From Chitinophagaceae bacterium (GTDB lineage: Bacteria > Bacteroidota > Bacteroidia > Chitinophagales > Chitinophagaceae), in the NCBI GenBank assembly GCA_014380425.1, contig JACMJX010000073.1, forward strand, positions 1-51,427: a DNA stretch of 51,427 nucleotides, written 5' to 3'. Both the position numbers and the translations under genes were made by a program. The stretch's first letter is position 1; each line of letters starts with the position of its first letter. This document shows positions 9,450-19,447 of this stretch, piece after piece. The notes below the pieces were generated by a model. The model searched no databases. It was not told the origin of the DNA and was given only the letters and a program-made list of their open reading frames with translations.

Positions 9450-11976
9450 GCGCATTCAACTTTCCTGGCTCATTAAAATGGCCGTACGCGATAGCAGACG
9501 CAGCCGGGCACGCCTCCTGCTCTTTATCTCCTCCATTATTCTTGGTATCGCAGTGCTCGTTGCTATCTATTCCCTAAGCGATAACCTGGAAAAGAACATC
9601 GATGGGCAGGCAGCAGAACTACTAGGTGCCGATCTTCAGATTTCCGCTAACCGTACCTTAGCGACTTCCGGAAAAGCATTAGTCGACTCCCTTGGCGACG
9701 CACGTTCCACAGAGCAGCGGTTTGCCTCTATGGTTCTTTTTTCAAAAACCGGCGGCACAAGACTCGTTCAGGTGCGGGCACTTGAAGGTGGGTTTCCCTA
9801 TTATGGGGAGCTGGAGACCAGTCCCGCTACAGCAGGAAGGGCATTCATGAAAGCACAGCAGGCACTGGTGGATCAAACACTGATGCTTCAGTATAATGCC
9901 CGTGTGGGCGATTCCATCCGGGTGGGAGAGCTATCTTTTGCCATAGCCGGTATTCTTAAAAAAGCACCGGGGCAAACGGGCATCTCGATGTCGGTTGCCC
10001 CTTCTGTCTATATACCCCTTCGTTATCTGGATCAGACAGGATTATCGCAAAGAGGGAGCAGGATTAACTTTCGCTATTATTTCAAGTTTAATAACCCGCG
10101 AGAGGTAGCAACAGTCGTTAAACAAATAGAATCCCGCCTTAAGGAAGAAGATCTGGATTACGACACCATAGAGACGCAGAAAGAAGCTACGGGTCGATCT
10201 TTTAAAGACCTTACTAAATTCTTAGCGCTGGTGGGTTTTATTGCCCTGCTGCTTGGTTGCGTAGGGGTGGCCAGTGCCATTCATGTGTATATCCGGGAAA
10301 AGATGGATCTTATCGCTATCCTCCGGTGCATAGGCATGAAAGCTTCGCAGGCTTTCCTTATTTACCTGATTCAGATTACAGGTATAGGCTTTGTGGGAGC
10401 ATTGATAGGCGCAGCCGCCGGCACAATCATTCAGCAGTTTCTGCCATTCGTTATTAAAGATTTTTTGCCCATAGAACTTACTACCGAAATTTCCTGGCCT
10501 TCGGTGGTACAAGGCATTGCTTTGGGTACCATCATATCCATTCTGTTTGCCCTCTTACCACTGGCTTCCATAAGAAAGATTTCTCCTCTTAATGCACTGA
10601 GGGTATCTTATGAGCCAGTGCGAAAAAAGGCAGACCCGCTTAGATGGATTGTTTATACCCTGATAATACTCTTTATACTCGCATTCAGTTTTCTTCAGAT
10701 GAAGAACATCTTGCAGGCAAGTGTATTTACAGCAGGTATTCTGGCCGCGTTTCTGGTTCTTACCGGTATTGCAAAGTTACTGATGTGGACGATCCGCCGG
10801 TTCTTCCCCTCCTCCTGGAGTTATCTCTGGCGCCAGGGATTGGCCAATCTGTACCGGCCTAATAACCAGACGGCGACGCTGATTGTTTCTATCGGTTTAA
10901 GTACAGCATTTATATGCACCCTGTTTTTTATACAGGGTATACTGATCAACCGGGTCACCATATCCACAAGCGCCAACCAGCCCAATATCGTTCTTTTCGA
11001 TATTCAGCAGAAGCAACGGGAGGGCCTTATCGCATTAGCAAAACAGTTTAACCTGCCGGCCAAAGAAACGGTACCTATAGTAAATATGCGCCTGGAGAAA
11101 GTAAATGGCTATTCACAAGCAGCTGCCCTTAAAGACACCGCACAGCAGATGCAACGCAGTCTTTTCAGCAGGGAATACAGGGTTACGTTCAGGGACTCGC
11201 TTACAAGTTCTGAAACTGTCGTTAAAGGGTCATGGACGGGAACTGCAGACCCCGGGGCAGGGCTGCCAGGAGTTTCTCTGGAGAAGAGCTTTGCCGACAG
11301 GAACAATATCGACATCGGCGACACTATGGTGTTCAACGTTCAGGGCGCCTTGATGCCGGTGACGGTCAATAGCCTTCGAAAAGTGAACTGGAGCGGTATG
11401 CAGACAAATTTTCTCGTATTGTTCCCGAAGGGGGTACTGGAAAATGCCCCGCAGTTTCATGTACTGCTTACTCATGTTCCTTCGCAGCAGGTATCGGCAC
11501 GCTTTCAGCAACAGGTGGCAAGGCAATATCCTAATATTTCCGTTATCGATCTCGGGCTGGTACTTAAAGTTCTGGATGATCTTCTGTCTAAAATAGGATC
11601 TGTTATCAGGTTCATGGCCGGTTTCAGCATTGCCACCGGCATTGTGGTGCTGATAGCTTCTGTGCTTACAAGCAAGTACCAGCGTTTGCAGGAAAGTGTT
11701 CTGCTCAGAACACTGGGCGCAAGCAGAAAGCAGATCTTTGCCATCACGGCATTGGAGTATATGTTTCTTGGCACCATGGCGGCCGCTACAGGGATCGTTC
11801 TGGCAATGACTGCAAGCTGGGCACTCGCGCGTTACACGTTCGATACTGAATTTCGGCCAGATCTTCTTCCTATATTATATATACTCCTGTCCGTTTCGCT
11901 CGTTACGGTTCTTATAGGTCTGATTAATAGCAGGGGTATTCTCTCCAGGTCGCCACTGGAAACTGGCAGAAGATAG
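9442..11976 (+). CDS. FtsX/MacB-type ABC permease with two permease modules (YbbP-like)
   Basis: The 844-aa ORF contains two 4-TM FtsX-like modules. The start is uncertain: TTG at 9442 overlaps the ATPase gene by 8 nt, and ATG at 9478 is the alternative. Confidence 0.85.
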   Translation: MFKRIQLSWLIKMAVRDSRRSRARLLLFISSIILGIAVLVAIYSLSDNLEKNIDGQAAELLGADLQISANRTLATSGKALVDSLGDARSTEQRFASMVLFSKTGGTRLVQVRALEGGFPYYGELETSPATAGRAFMKAQQALVDQTLMLQYNARVGDSIRVGELSFAIAGILKKAPGQTGISMSVAPSVYIPLRYLDQTGLSQRGSRINFRYYFKFNNPREVATVVKQIESRLKEEDLDYDTIETQKEATGRSFKDLTKFLALVGFIALLLGCVGVASAIHVYIREKMDLIAILRCIGMKASQAFLIYLIQITGIGFVGALIGAAAGTIIQQFLPFVIKDFLPIELTTEISWPSVVQGIALGTIISILFALLPLASIRKISPLNALRVSYEPVRKKADPLRWIVYTLIILFILAFSFLQMKNILQASVFTAGILAAFLVLTGIAKLLMWTIRRFFPSSWSYLWRQGLANLYRPNNQTATLIVSIGLSTAFICTLFFIQGILINRVTISTSANQPNIVLFDIQQKQREGLIALAKQFNLPAKETVPIVNMRLEKVNGYSQAAALKDTAQQMQRSLFSREYRVTFRDSLTSSETVVKGSWTGTADPGAGLPGVSLEKSFADRNNIDIGDTMVFNVQGALMPVTVNSLRKVNWSGMQTNFLVLFPKGVLENAPQFHVLLTHVPSQQVSARFQQQVARQYPNISVIDLGLVLKVLDDLLSKIGSVIRFMAGFSIATGIVVLIASVLTSKYQRLQESVLLRTLGASRKQIFAITALEYMFLGTMAAATGIVLAMTASWALARYTFDTEFRPDLLPILYILLSVSLVTVLIGLINSRGILSRSPLETGRR

Positions 11977-12014
11977 CCGGAGCAGATGGTCAGCGTATAT
12001 TATAAGCGGATTTT

Positions 12015-13649
12015 TTGCGTTATAAAAGTAAATCCGACCTGGTGAAAACCTTTACAATTTACGGCATGTTGTTGATTTTCGGAGCGTCAGCAGGGGCACA
12101 GATGCCTTCCGATACTACGATTGCGCTGGTGCCTCAAAAAGATAATATAATAACTGAATCCACCATACTCCAAATAGAAAATCTGGGCACCAATATCAAT
12201 TCGGAGCTGCAGGAACTGCGACCTGTTGTATCAGCCGATGGCAACCTGCTATTCTTTATCTGCGAAAATCATCCCGCAAATACCAAATTCAATGCGGTGC
12301 CCAATTCTCAGGATATCTGGTATTCCAGGAGAGATTCTGCGGGCAATTGGGCCGAAGCAAGGCATCTAAAATATCCTTTGAATACGTCTCATTATAACGC
12401 TGTTTATTGGGTATCGCCAGACAATAACCGCATCCTGATAAGAGGTGCTTTTTCTGCAGGCGCGCATCTTGGTAATGGAGTGAGCCTGAGTTACCTTCAG
12501 GACAACGGTAGATGGAGCGAACCAGACATGCTCCGGATAAAGAACTACGAAAAATATGACCGCGGCCTGAAATGCGGGGCGTGTATGGCCCAGGATGGAC
12601 AAACGCTGTTATTGTATATGTCTGCTGAAAAAGGTAGTCCACTGAATGACATTTATGTGTGTTTCCTTGCTGATGATGGATGGTGGACGGAGCCGAAGTC
12701 GCTCGGAAAGCAGATAAACTTTCCTGAAACCAATGAAATGGCCCCTTACCTGGCTCCAGACGGAGTTACACTCTATTTCAGTAGCAACCGGCCCGGTGGC
12801 CTTGGCGATAATGACATCTGGAAGGTTAAAAGACTGGATAAATCATGGCAGAAATGGAGTGAGCCCGTGAATCTTGGAGCTCCTATCAATACCGAAAACT
12901 GGGATGCTTTCTTTACATTAGATGCGGGCGGAGAGTATGCCTATTTAACTACGAGCCTTAACACGCACGGAGAAAGCGATATAGTGAGGGTTAAACTTCT
13001 GGAAATAGAAAAGCCGGACCCTGTAGTACTCGTAAGCGGAAATGTTTACAACATGAAAACAAAAGAGCCATTGAGTGCTACTCTCTTATACGAAACATTA
13101 CCGGAAGGAACCATAGCAGGAAATGGAATTTCCAGTGTTTTAGACGGATCTTTCAATATAGTGCTGCCGTACAACAAAAACTACAGTATAAGGGCGAAAG
13201 CCGACCACTTTTTTGCTGTGTCTGAAAACCTCAATCTCGATTCACTGGTAAAAGCGGGGTATAAGGAAATACATAAAGATCTTTTTCTGGTACCGATCGA
13301 GGTAGGTCAAATAGTGCGGTTGAACAATGTATTCTTCGACTTCGACAAATGGAATCTCCGCCCCGAGTCCTTTGTTGAACTGGATAGAGTTGTGAAGCTG
13401 CTGAGTGAAAATCCTGCAATCGAGATCGAGATGAGCGCCCATACCGATAGCAGGGGTTCAGATGCGTACAATTTCAAATTAAGTGATGAAAGAGCGAGGT
13501 CGGTACGCGAATATATCCTGTCGAAAGGAATAGATGCTCCCCGCATTATATCTCAGGGTTACGGCGAAACAAAACCCGAAGTACCGAATGATACGGATGA
13601 AAACCGCCAGCTAAACCGGAGGGTAGAATTCAAGATTCTTAAGAACTAA
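12015..13649 (+). CDS. TolB-like (PD40 repeat) / OmpA-C domain envelope protein
   Basis: A PD40-like repeat (YLAPDGVTLYFSSNRPGGLGDNDIW) is followed by a C-terminal OmpA domain (NVFFDFDKWNLRPES...RRVEFKI). The start is uncertain: TTG 12015, GTG 12042 or ATG 12066. Confidence 0.85.
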   Translation: MRYKSKSDLVKTFTIYGMLLIFGASAGAQMPSDTTIALVPQKDNIITESTILQIENLGTNINSELQELRPVVSADGNLLFFICENHPANTKFNAVPNSQDIWYSRRDSAGNWAEARHLKYPLNTSHYNAVYWVSPDNNRILIRGAFSAGAHLGNGVSLSYLQDNGRWSEPDMLRIKNYEKYDRGLKCGACMAQDGQTLLLYMSAEKGSPLNDIYVCFLADDGWWTEPKSLGKQINFPETNEMAPYLAPDGVTLYFSSNRPGGLGDNDIWKVKRLDKSWQKWSEPVNLGAPINTENWDAFFTLDAGGEYAYLTTSLNTHGESDIVRVKLLEIEKPDPVVLVSGNVYNMKTKEPLSATLLYETLPEGTIAGNGISSVLDGSFNIVLPYNKNYSIRAKADHFFAVSENLNLDSLVKAGYKEIHKDLFLVPIEVGQIVRLNNVFFDFDKWNLRPESFVELDRVVKLLSENPAIEIEMSAHTDSRGSDAYNFKLSDERARSVREYILSKGIDAPRIISQGYGETKPEVPNDTDENRQLNRRVEFKILKN

Positions 13650-13687
13650 GGATGAGTGTTGGCAATGGTATGCGCGAACCGTATAGC

Positions 13688-13720
13688 AATAAAAAATCCC
13701 TGTAACAGTAATTTACAGGG
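13688..13720 (-). terminator. Rho-independent terminator of the DUF892 gene
   Basis: On the minus strand, CCCTGTAA / TTACAGGG (8 bp, 7-nt loop) is followed by ATTTTTTATT. It lies between convergent genes. Confidence 0.7.
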
Positions 13721-13748
13721 ATCTTCAGTATTAAAAATAGATGCGGTA

Positions 13749-14327
13749 TTATTGTTCCTCTTCTTCCCCACCTTCTTCTGCAGCCTGATAATTGATATCA
13801 TTTTCTGCGATGGTAGTAAGCAGTTGATCTGTTTCCTTTTCTTCATCGAGTGTTGCCTGAAGAAGTTCTGCCGCTTCTGTGTACCCGAGCGTTTGAGCCA
13901 GCTGGCGAAGTCCGCCGTAGCTCGCTATTTCGTAATGTTCTACTTTTTGAGCGGCCAGTATAAGGCCAACGTCGCGTGTAGAAGTAGATTCTTCTGTGTC
14001 TTCAATAATACTTTCTGCTTCCTTTGCAAGGCCTTCAATGGCTTCGCATTTTTTTGCTCTTGGCTTTTCTCCCAGGGTTTCAAAAACCTGTTCGAGGCGT
14101 GCAACCTGCTCTTTTGTTACTGCCGTATGTTCATCAAAAGCTGTTTGAAGTGCTTCGTTAGTAGCGGCTTTCTTTAAACGCGGAAGCATTTTAACAAGAT
14201 GCTTTTCTGCGTAATAGATATCTTTCAATGAATCAAGAAACAGTTTCTGTAGGAGAGTATCCCCCTCAGCGGCTCCTATATTTCTGGGGGCCTTTTGCTT
14301 AGATTTTGATTTTGATGTTGTTGCCAT
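13749..14327 (-). CDS. Ferritin-like DUF892 (YciE/YciF-family) stress protein
   Basis: The 192-aa ORF contains DIYYAEKHLVKMLPRL...AAQKVEHYEIASYGGL, typical of the YciE/YciF family. It has an acidic tail. Confidence 0.75.
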   Translation of the reverse strand: MATTSKSKSKQKAPRNIGAAEGDTLLQKLFLDSLKDIYYAEKHLVKMLPRLKKAATNEALQTAFDEHTAVTKEQVARLEQVFETLGEKPRAKKCEAIEGLAKEAESIIEDTEESTSTRDVGLILAAQKVEHYEIASYGGLRQLAQTLGYTEAAELLQATLDEEKETDQLLTTIAENDINYQAAEEGGEEEEQ

Positions 14328-14433
14328 AAGAATTTTTTTAAACCGTATAAAAAAGTCGTGCCACTCTTGCGCTTATATCGGGCCCAGTACAACAGGTTAA
14401 AAAAACCGGTTACTTTTCATCTCATCTGTATCG

Positions 14434-15087
14434 CTATTGTTTTTTTAATTTAATCACACCATACAATTGACTGACGAAAGTTTCTTTAACACCAGAAACA
14501 GTAGTCACTTTCGATTCATTGCTTACTGTAATGATGGTAAGTGTATCAGCCTGAATTTTGTATTTGCCGCCGGAAGGCTTACTGGCAGTGCTGGCACCCC
14601 CGCCGATGCTTATAAATCCACCAGAAAAATAAATGGAGTCTATCCCAACCAGCTTATAGGTGTCACTGGAAGAAGCTGTTGGCATTGTAAATACAAATGG
14701 TATATCGCTATTATCGATAAAGGCACCATTCTCATAAGACTTTACATGAATGGTATCTTCAACTTCATAACCAACATCAGAAAAGTTAATTTTGAAAGCG
14801 TCTATCTTTAAAACTCCCTTGTTGTTTTTTGTTAAGTATGTACAGTTGCTAATGGATGTTGAAAAATCTCCTGCAAACGACTGTTCGATTGAAACGTATG
14901 TTCTCGCATCCATTTCTATGAGTTTCCAACTACCTATTAAAGCATTACCCGGCCCCGAACCTGGGCCACCTGCATTACCGGTATTTGGAGCATTAGATGG
15001 TATTTCAAAACTAGCCTCCTTTTGACAGGCAATAAGCATTGAAAGGGAACTAAGTGAAACAATAATAAGCTGAAGGGCCTTTCTCAT
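14434..15087 (-). CDS. Hypothetical lipoprotein
   Basis: Lipobox LIAC, a Gly/Pro-rich linker, then a beta-rich domain. I recognise no family. Confidence 0.55.
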   Translation of the reverse strand: MRKALQLIIVSLSSLSMLIACQKEASFEIPSNAPNTGNAGGPGSGPGNALIGSWKLIEMDARTYVSIEQSFAGDFSTSISNCTYLTKNNKGVLKIDAFKINFSDVGYEVEDTIHVKSYENGAFIDNSDIPFVFTMPTASSSDTYKLVGIDSIYFSGGFISIGGGASTASKPSGGKYKIQADTLTIITVSNESKVTTVSGVKETFVSQLYGVIKLKKQ

Positions 15088-15297
15088 ATAATTAGGGGTT
15101 TATATTTAGCCGCAAAAGTAGAGTTAAAAAATCACTTCTCATAATCTCTTCAGTTTTGTTTATGTGAAGATTTGTCGTTCTTCCTTCACATATCCAGGCG
15201 AATTATCTCTATTTGTCTTTAGATACGGCTATCCCAGGCCAGGACGAGGCCACCGGGTTCGCCATTGCGTATGGCATGGACGTTGCAACATATAAGT

Positions 15298-15558
15298 ATG
15301 GAAAAACAAATAATTACAGTATTGATCAAGCAAAAGCCTTATCACCTTACGCTAACCATAGATGATGTCGGCAACGAAACTGTTTACAGAATAACTCCTG
15401 ATTTTGAGTCCGAGAAATTATCAGACTATATTCCTTCCGATCTTTCTTTTGACGTTAATGGAACGGTAAAATACGATAAACGGCTTCGTACTGTAGAAGG
15501 TGAACTGATCGCACGTACCATATGGAATGCCATAAATGATCAGTTTAACAAGAAATAA
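15298..15558 (+). CDS. Hypothetical small protein (86 aa)
   Basis: ORF from ATG 15298 (MEKQIITVLIK...). I recognise no motif. The coding call is tentative. Confidence 0.35.
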   Translation: MEKQIITVLIKQKPYHLTLTIDDVGNETVYRITPDFESEKLSDYIPSDLSFDVNGTVKYDKRLRTVEGELIARTIWNAINDQFNKK

Positions 15559-15775
15559 ACCAAGGTAGTTAGTCACTCTTACGCATCGTTATATATCGCT
15601 CTAGTTCTATGGCATCCCTTCCCACTTCCTTGATCGCGTGCTCGATGGTTGACCAGGGCACACCGATAACTGTATTCTTGAATAAGCGATAAAACGTTAT
15701 GCCATAGAATAATTAATTTTCCAGGTTTTGTAATGAAAACGCTAAAGTGGGTACTTATTAGAAAATATTTACAAT

Positions 15776-16645
15776 ATGAAACACTTCACTTGCAAAGTAC
15801 TTACAGCAGCACTGATCGCCTTTGCTGGGTGTACAGGAGCAGTTAGAGCGCAGAAGCCCCTGGAAAATTCCCTCTTATGGGAAATCAGCGGAAACGGCCT
15901 CCAAAAACCCTCCTATCTTTATGGCACTATTCACCTGATCTGCGAAAACGATTTCTATATGTCTGACAAAACCAAAAAAGCGTTTGAAAAGTCAGCGGGT
16001 CTGGTAATGGAAACAAATGTGTTTGACCCTTCAGAAATTGCGGTGGCGCAGAAAATGATGATCGCAGACACACCGATCAGTAAAAAAATGCCACCAGCGC
16101 AGTTTGCCGAGCTCGATTCCCTGGTAAAAATGGGTACCGGTGTTTCACTGATGCAGATAAATAATTTTCGGCTATCGGTTGTTGCCAGTCTACTTGCGAT
16201 GAAATCAATACCCTGCTCTACGGCAAAGTCGTATGAAGCTGAATTTAATCAAATGGCTATTTCCACCAAAAAGACGGTTGGTGTGCTTGAGAAAATGAGC
16301 GAGCAGATGGAATACTTTAATAAAGCATTCACGGATGATGTGATTATTCAACAGATCAGGGAATTCAACAAGCAAAAAGAAATGATGGCAGAACTGGTAA
16401 AATTATACCGCGCCGAGCAGATGGAAGAGCTCTATAAATTGCTCACGGAAGGTCAATCACTCAATGACCAGTCACTCGACTGGCTACTGCATAATAGAAA
16501 CGCCAATTGGGCGGAGAGGATGCCAGACATGATGAAAAAGGAAAGTAGTTTTTTTGCTGTAGGCGCGGCACATCTTGCAGGAGAAAAAGGTGTAATCAGA
16601 TTATTAAGGCAGAAAGGTTATAAAGTAACTGCTGTAATGAATTAA
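15776..16645 (+). CDS. TraB/GumN-family protein
   Basis: Signal peptide plus LLWEISGNG...PSYLYGTIHL, and a C-terminal FFAVGAAHLAGEKGV, both typical of TraB/GumN. Confidence 0.8.
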   Translation: MKHFTCKVLTAALIAFAGCTGAVRAQKPLENSLLWEISGNGLQKPSYLYGTIHLICENDFYMSDKTKKAFEKSAGLVMETNVFDPSEIAVAQKMMIADTPISKKMPPAQFAELDSLVKMGTGVSLMQINNFRLSVVASLLAMKSIPCSTAKSYEAEFNQMAISTKKTVGVLEKMSEQMEYFNKAFTDDVIIQQIREFNKQKEMMAELVKLYRAEQMEELYKLLTEGQSLNDQSLDWLLHNRNANWAERMPDMMKKESSFFAVGAAHLAGEKGVIRLLRQKGYKVTAVMN

Positions 16646-16786
16646 AATCATTTATCAGCTCGGGCGTTTTTAAGATTTCTTAATCGCAAAAACTACTACC
16701 GTCGTAGGCACCCGAAAACGATGGAGCAACGCTGGCGGAATGGAGGTTAATACATTTAATTAATTGTTTTCTTAGTCTTCGTGCCG

Positions 16787-17224
16787 TCAGCTGCTTTTTT
16801 TTGAAAGTGCTATAAGTATGGCACCCGCGATGATCAGAAGAGCACCGGTAGCAATCTGCCAGGTTATTTTTTCTTTCAAAAATATAGCCGCCAAAATTAT
16901 CGCAAACACTAAGGATGTTCTTTCAATAGGATTTACGACAGAAGCATCCCCTATTTTAAGTGCCCGAAAAGTAAAAAGAGACGAAAAGCTAGTAAAAATG
17001 CCCGCTATAATAAGGTATATCCATGTTTTTCTGTCGATGCGGCTAATTTCCTGTGCATTCCCCTGTATTAGTACTACTGACCATGATACTATAATAATCA
17101 ATATAGACTGAATAGCGAAAGCAAGGCTTGATTCCGTATCTTTCAAACCAGCTTTCGATAAAGTTGTAACTACCGCCGCAAATATTGCCGCCAGCAGCGC
17201 ATATAATACCCACATGTATTTCAT
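16787..17224 (-). CDS. Half-size EamA/DMT-family membrane transporter
   Basis: The 145-aa, very hydrophobic protein has 4-5 TM segments and a single EamA-like repeat. Confidence 0.7.
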   Translation of the reverse strand: MKYMWVLYALLAAIFAAVVTTLSKAGLKDTESSLAFAIQSILIIIVSWSVVLIQGNAQEISRIDRKTWIYLIIAGIFTSFSSLFTFRALKIGDASVVNPIERTSLVFAIILAAIFLKEKITWQIATGALLIIAGAILIALSKKSS

Positions 17225-17321
17225 TTAATAGTTGAACTTGCTTTAATGATACAAGTGTTGCATTTATTGTGCCTGCATTCCAGATATGTAGTTTTAGTAC
17301 CTTCCATGAAATTTCTTTTAA

Positions 17322-19412
17322 ATGATAAAGTCGGTTTTTATAGCAGGCACAGAGCCCTTCAGTGGAAAATCGGTCGTTTCTCTTGGTCTCGTTAATATGC
17401 TTGCAGGTAAAACGCGGAATATAGCCTATTTTAAACCGATAATAAGGGAGCAGGCCGAAGGGCAGCAGGATGAACATATAACGATGATCCTCAAAACCTT
17501 TGAACTATCAATAGATTATGAAGACACCTATGCCTTCTCCTGGCAGGAAGCCATCAATAAAACAGAAGCGGAAAGCCAGGGTGATATGATCGACACCATT
17601 ATCAGGAGATTTAAAAAAATAGAAGACCGATATGATTTCACCATTATAGAAGGAACGGATTACCGGGGAGAGGGTCTTGCCTTTGAGTTTGATATCAACG
17701 CCTTGATTGCAAAGAATCTAGGCTCACCAGTAATTGTTGTTATTTCAGGAGAAAATAAAACCACTACCCAGCTTGTAAACGCGGTGCTGACCGCTGTGCA
17801 TAACTTTGAAGTTAGGGAAATACAGGTACTAGCCATTATTGCTAACAAAATTGCGGCAGATCAGGTGGCCGACGTGAAGGAGTTGCTCGCGAGACAATTT
17901 CCCGGCAACACGATAGTAGCTGTAATTCCTGCCGACAAGAATCTTCAGAGCCCGACTATGAAGGAAATCTACGAAAAGATTAGCGGGAAGCTTCTTTTTG
18001 GTGCGGATCTTCTCGATAACCAGGTAGATCATTTCGTAACGGGCGCCATGCAGGTACCGAACTTCCTGAATTATCTTAAAGAGAACGTGCTTATAGTAAC
18101 CCCTGGCGATCGGGGTGATATCATTATCGCGGCATTGCAGGCCAATCTCTCTACCCGTTATCCAAAGGTAGCAGGAATAGTACTTACGGCGGGATATGAA
18201 CCAGAGGAGCCTATTAGCCGGCTGATAGAGGGGCTTCAGACGGTAGTACCGGTAATAGCGGTGCAATCGGGAACGTTTCAGACAAGTAATGAGGTAGGTG
18301 CTATCCGGTCAAGAATCACTTTTGATAACGGCAAGAAGATACAGCTTGCCATAGATACCTTCAATAAATATGTGGATACCCGAGCACTTGCTGAACGGAT
18401 TGTAACTTTCACCACCTCGGGTATTACACCTCGTATGTTCCAGTACCAGCTTGCCATGAGGGCAAAAGCTTCCAGGAAACATATCGTGCTTCCTGAAGGC
18501 GATGATGATCGCATATTGAAAGCCGCTGCCCGGCTTATCAACCAGGAAATGGTTTATTTAACCATTCTCGGAAATCCCGATACTATTGCAGCAAGTATAA
18601 AAAGACTTGGTATAAATCTGGATCTAAGTACGATAAACATTGTTGACCCGGTACACTCCGTGTATTATGAGGACTACGTTAATACCCTGTATGAATTACG
18701 CAAAACCAAGAACGTAACCAAAGAGATGGCACGCGATCTTATGACCGATGTGTCTTACTTCGGAACAATGATGGTGTATAAGGGTGATGCTGACGGGATG
18801 GTATCTGGCGCTTTGCATACTACACAACATACCATCCGGCCCGCCCTACAATTCATAAAAACGAAGCCAGGCATTTCACTAGTGTCCTCTGTATTTTTTA
18901 TGTGCCTTCCAGACAGGGTTTCCGTGTTTGGCGATTGCGCGGTAAATCCCGATCCAACAGCAAGTCAACTCGCCGATATAGCCATATCATCCGCAGAGAG
19001 CAGCCAGCGCTTTGGGATAGAACCCCGCATTGCCCTGCTCTCCTATTCATCGGGCAATTCAGGAGAAGGTGAAGATGTAGAGAAAGTGAGGGAAGCGCGG
19101 AGGATAGTAAAGGAAAGAAGACCCGATCTGAAAGTGGAGGGACCCATACAATATGATGCAGCAGTGGATCCTGCGGTAGGCAAAAGCAAAATGCCCGGAT
19201 CTGAAGTAGCAGGCCAGGCAAGCGTCCTCATCTTCCCAGACCTTAATACGGGCAATAATACCTATAAAGCAGTGCAAAGGGAAACCGGAGCACTCGCGAT
19301 AGGACCGATATTACAAGGCTTGAATAAGCCTGTCAATGACCTTAGCAGAGGGTGTACGTTGGATGACATATTTAACACTGTAATAGTTACAGCCATACAG
19401 TGCCAGCAATAA
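17322..19412 (+). CDS. pta: Phosphate acetyltransferase, long form
   Basis: The 696-aa ORF has an N-terminal P-loop-like/DRTGG region and a C-terminal PTA_PTB domain (GDADGMVSGA...SYSSG...IFPDLNTGNNTYKAVQR). ackA lies immediately downstream. Confidence 0.95.
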   Translation: MIKSVFIAGTEPFSGKSVVSLGLVNMLAGKTRNIAYFKPIIREQAEGQQDEHITMILKTFELSIDYEDTYAFSWQEAINKTEAESQGDMIDTIIRRFKKIEDRYDFTIIEGTDYRGEGLAFEFDINALIAKNLGSPVIVVISGENKTTTQLVNAVLTAVHNFEVREIQVLAIIANKIAADQVADVKELLARQFPGNTIVAVIPADKNLQSPTMKEIYEKISGKLLFGADLLDNQVDHFVTGAMQVPNFLNYLKENVLIVTPGDRGDIIIAALQANLSTRYPKVAGIVLTAGYEPEEPISRLIEGLQTVVPVIAVQSGTFQTSNEVGAIRSRITFDNGKKIQLAIDTFNKYVDTRALAERIVTFTTSGITPRMFQYQLAMRAKASRKHIVLPEGDDDRILKAAARLINQEMVYLTILGNPDTIAASIKRLGINLDLSTINIVDPVHSVYYEDYVNTLYELRKTKNVTKEMARDLMTDVSYFGTMMVYKGDADGMVSGALHTTQHTIRPALQFIKTKPGISLVSSVFFMCLPDRVSVFGDCAVNPDPTASQLADIAISSAESSQRFGIEPRIALLSYSSGNSGEGEDVEKVREARRIVKERRPDLKVEGPIQYDAAVDPAVGKSKMPGSEVAGQASVLIFPDLNTGNNTYKAVQRETGALAIGPILQGLNKPVNDLSRGCTLDDIFNTVIVTAIQCQQ

Positions 19413-19447
19413 GAACCCTTATACTTTAATAAGCCATCCATTTATAC

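Noticed and set aside
13656-14177. 173-aa plus-strand ORF rich in Cys and Phe
   Set aside because: It lies entirely antisense to the well-supported DUF892 gene. Its odd composition mirrors that gene's Glu/Lys/Ala codons, so it is a shadow ORF.
15161-15192. 9-bp inverted repeat TATGTGAAG-N14-CTTCACATA upstream of the small ORF
   Set aside because: Roughly several such 9-bp repeats with free spacing are expected by chance in 51 kb, and there is no contextual support.
15569-15709. Minus-strand start-less frame ...LFKNTVIGVPWSTIEHAIKEVGRDAIELERYITMRKSD, possibly the tail of a decayed HTH-type gene
   Set aside because: It has no start codon apart from a Met 5 codons before the stop, about 47 codons, and no family I can name.
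17043-17477. 144-aa minus-strand ORF spanning the EamA/pta divergent promoter
   Set aside because: It overlaps the 5-prime ends of two well-supported genes and has low-complexity content.
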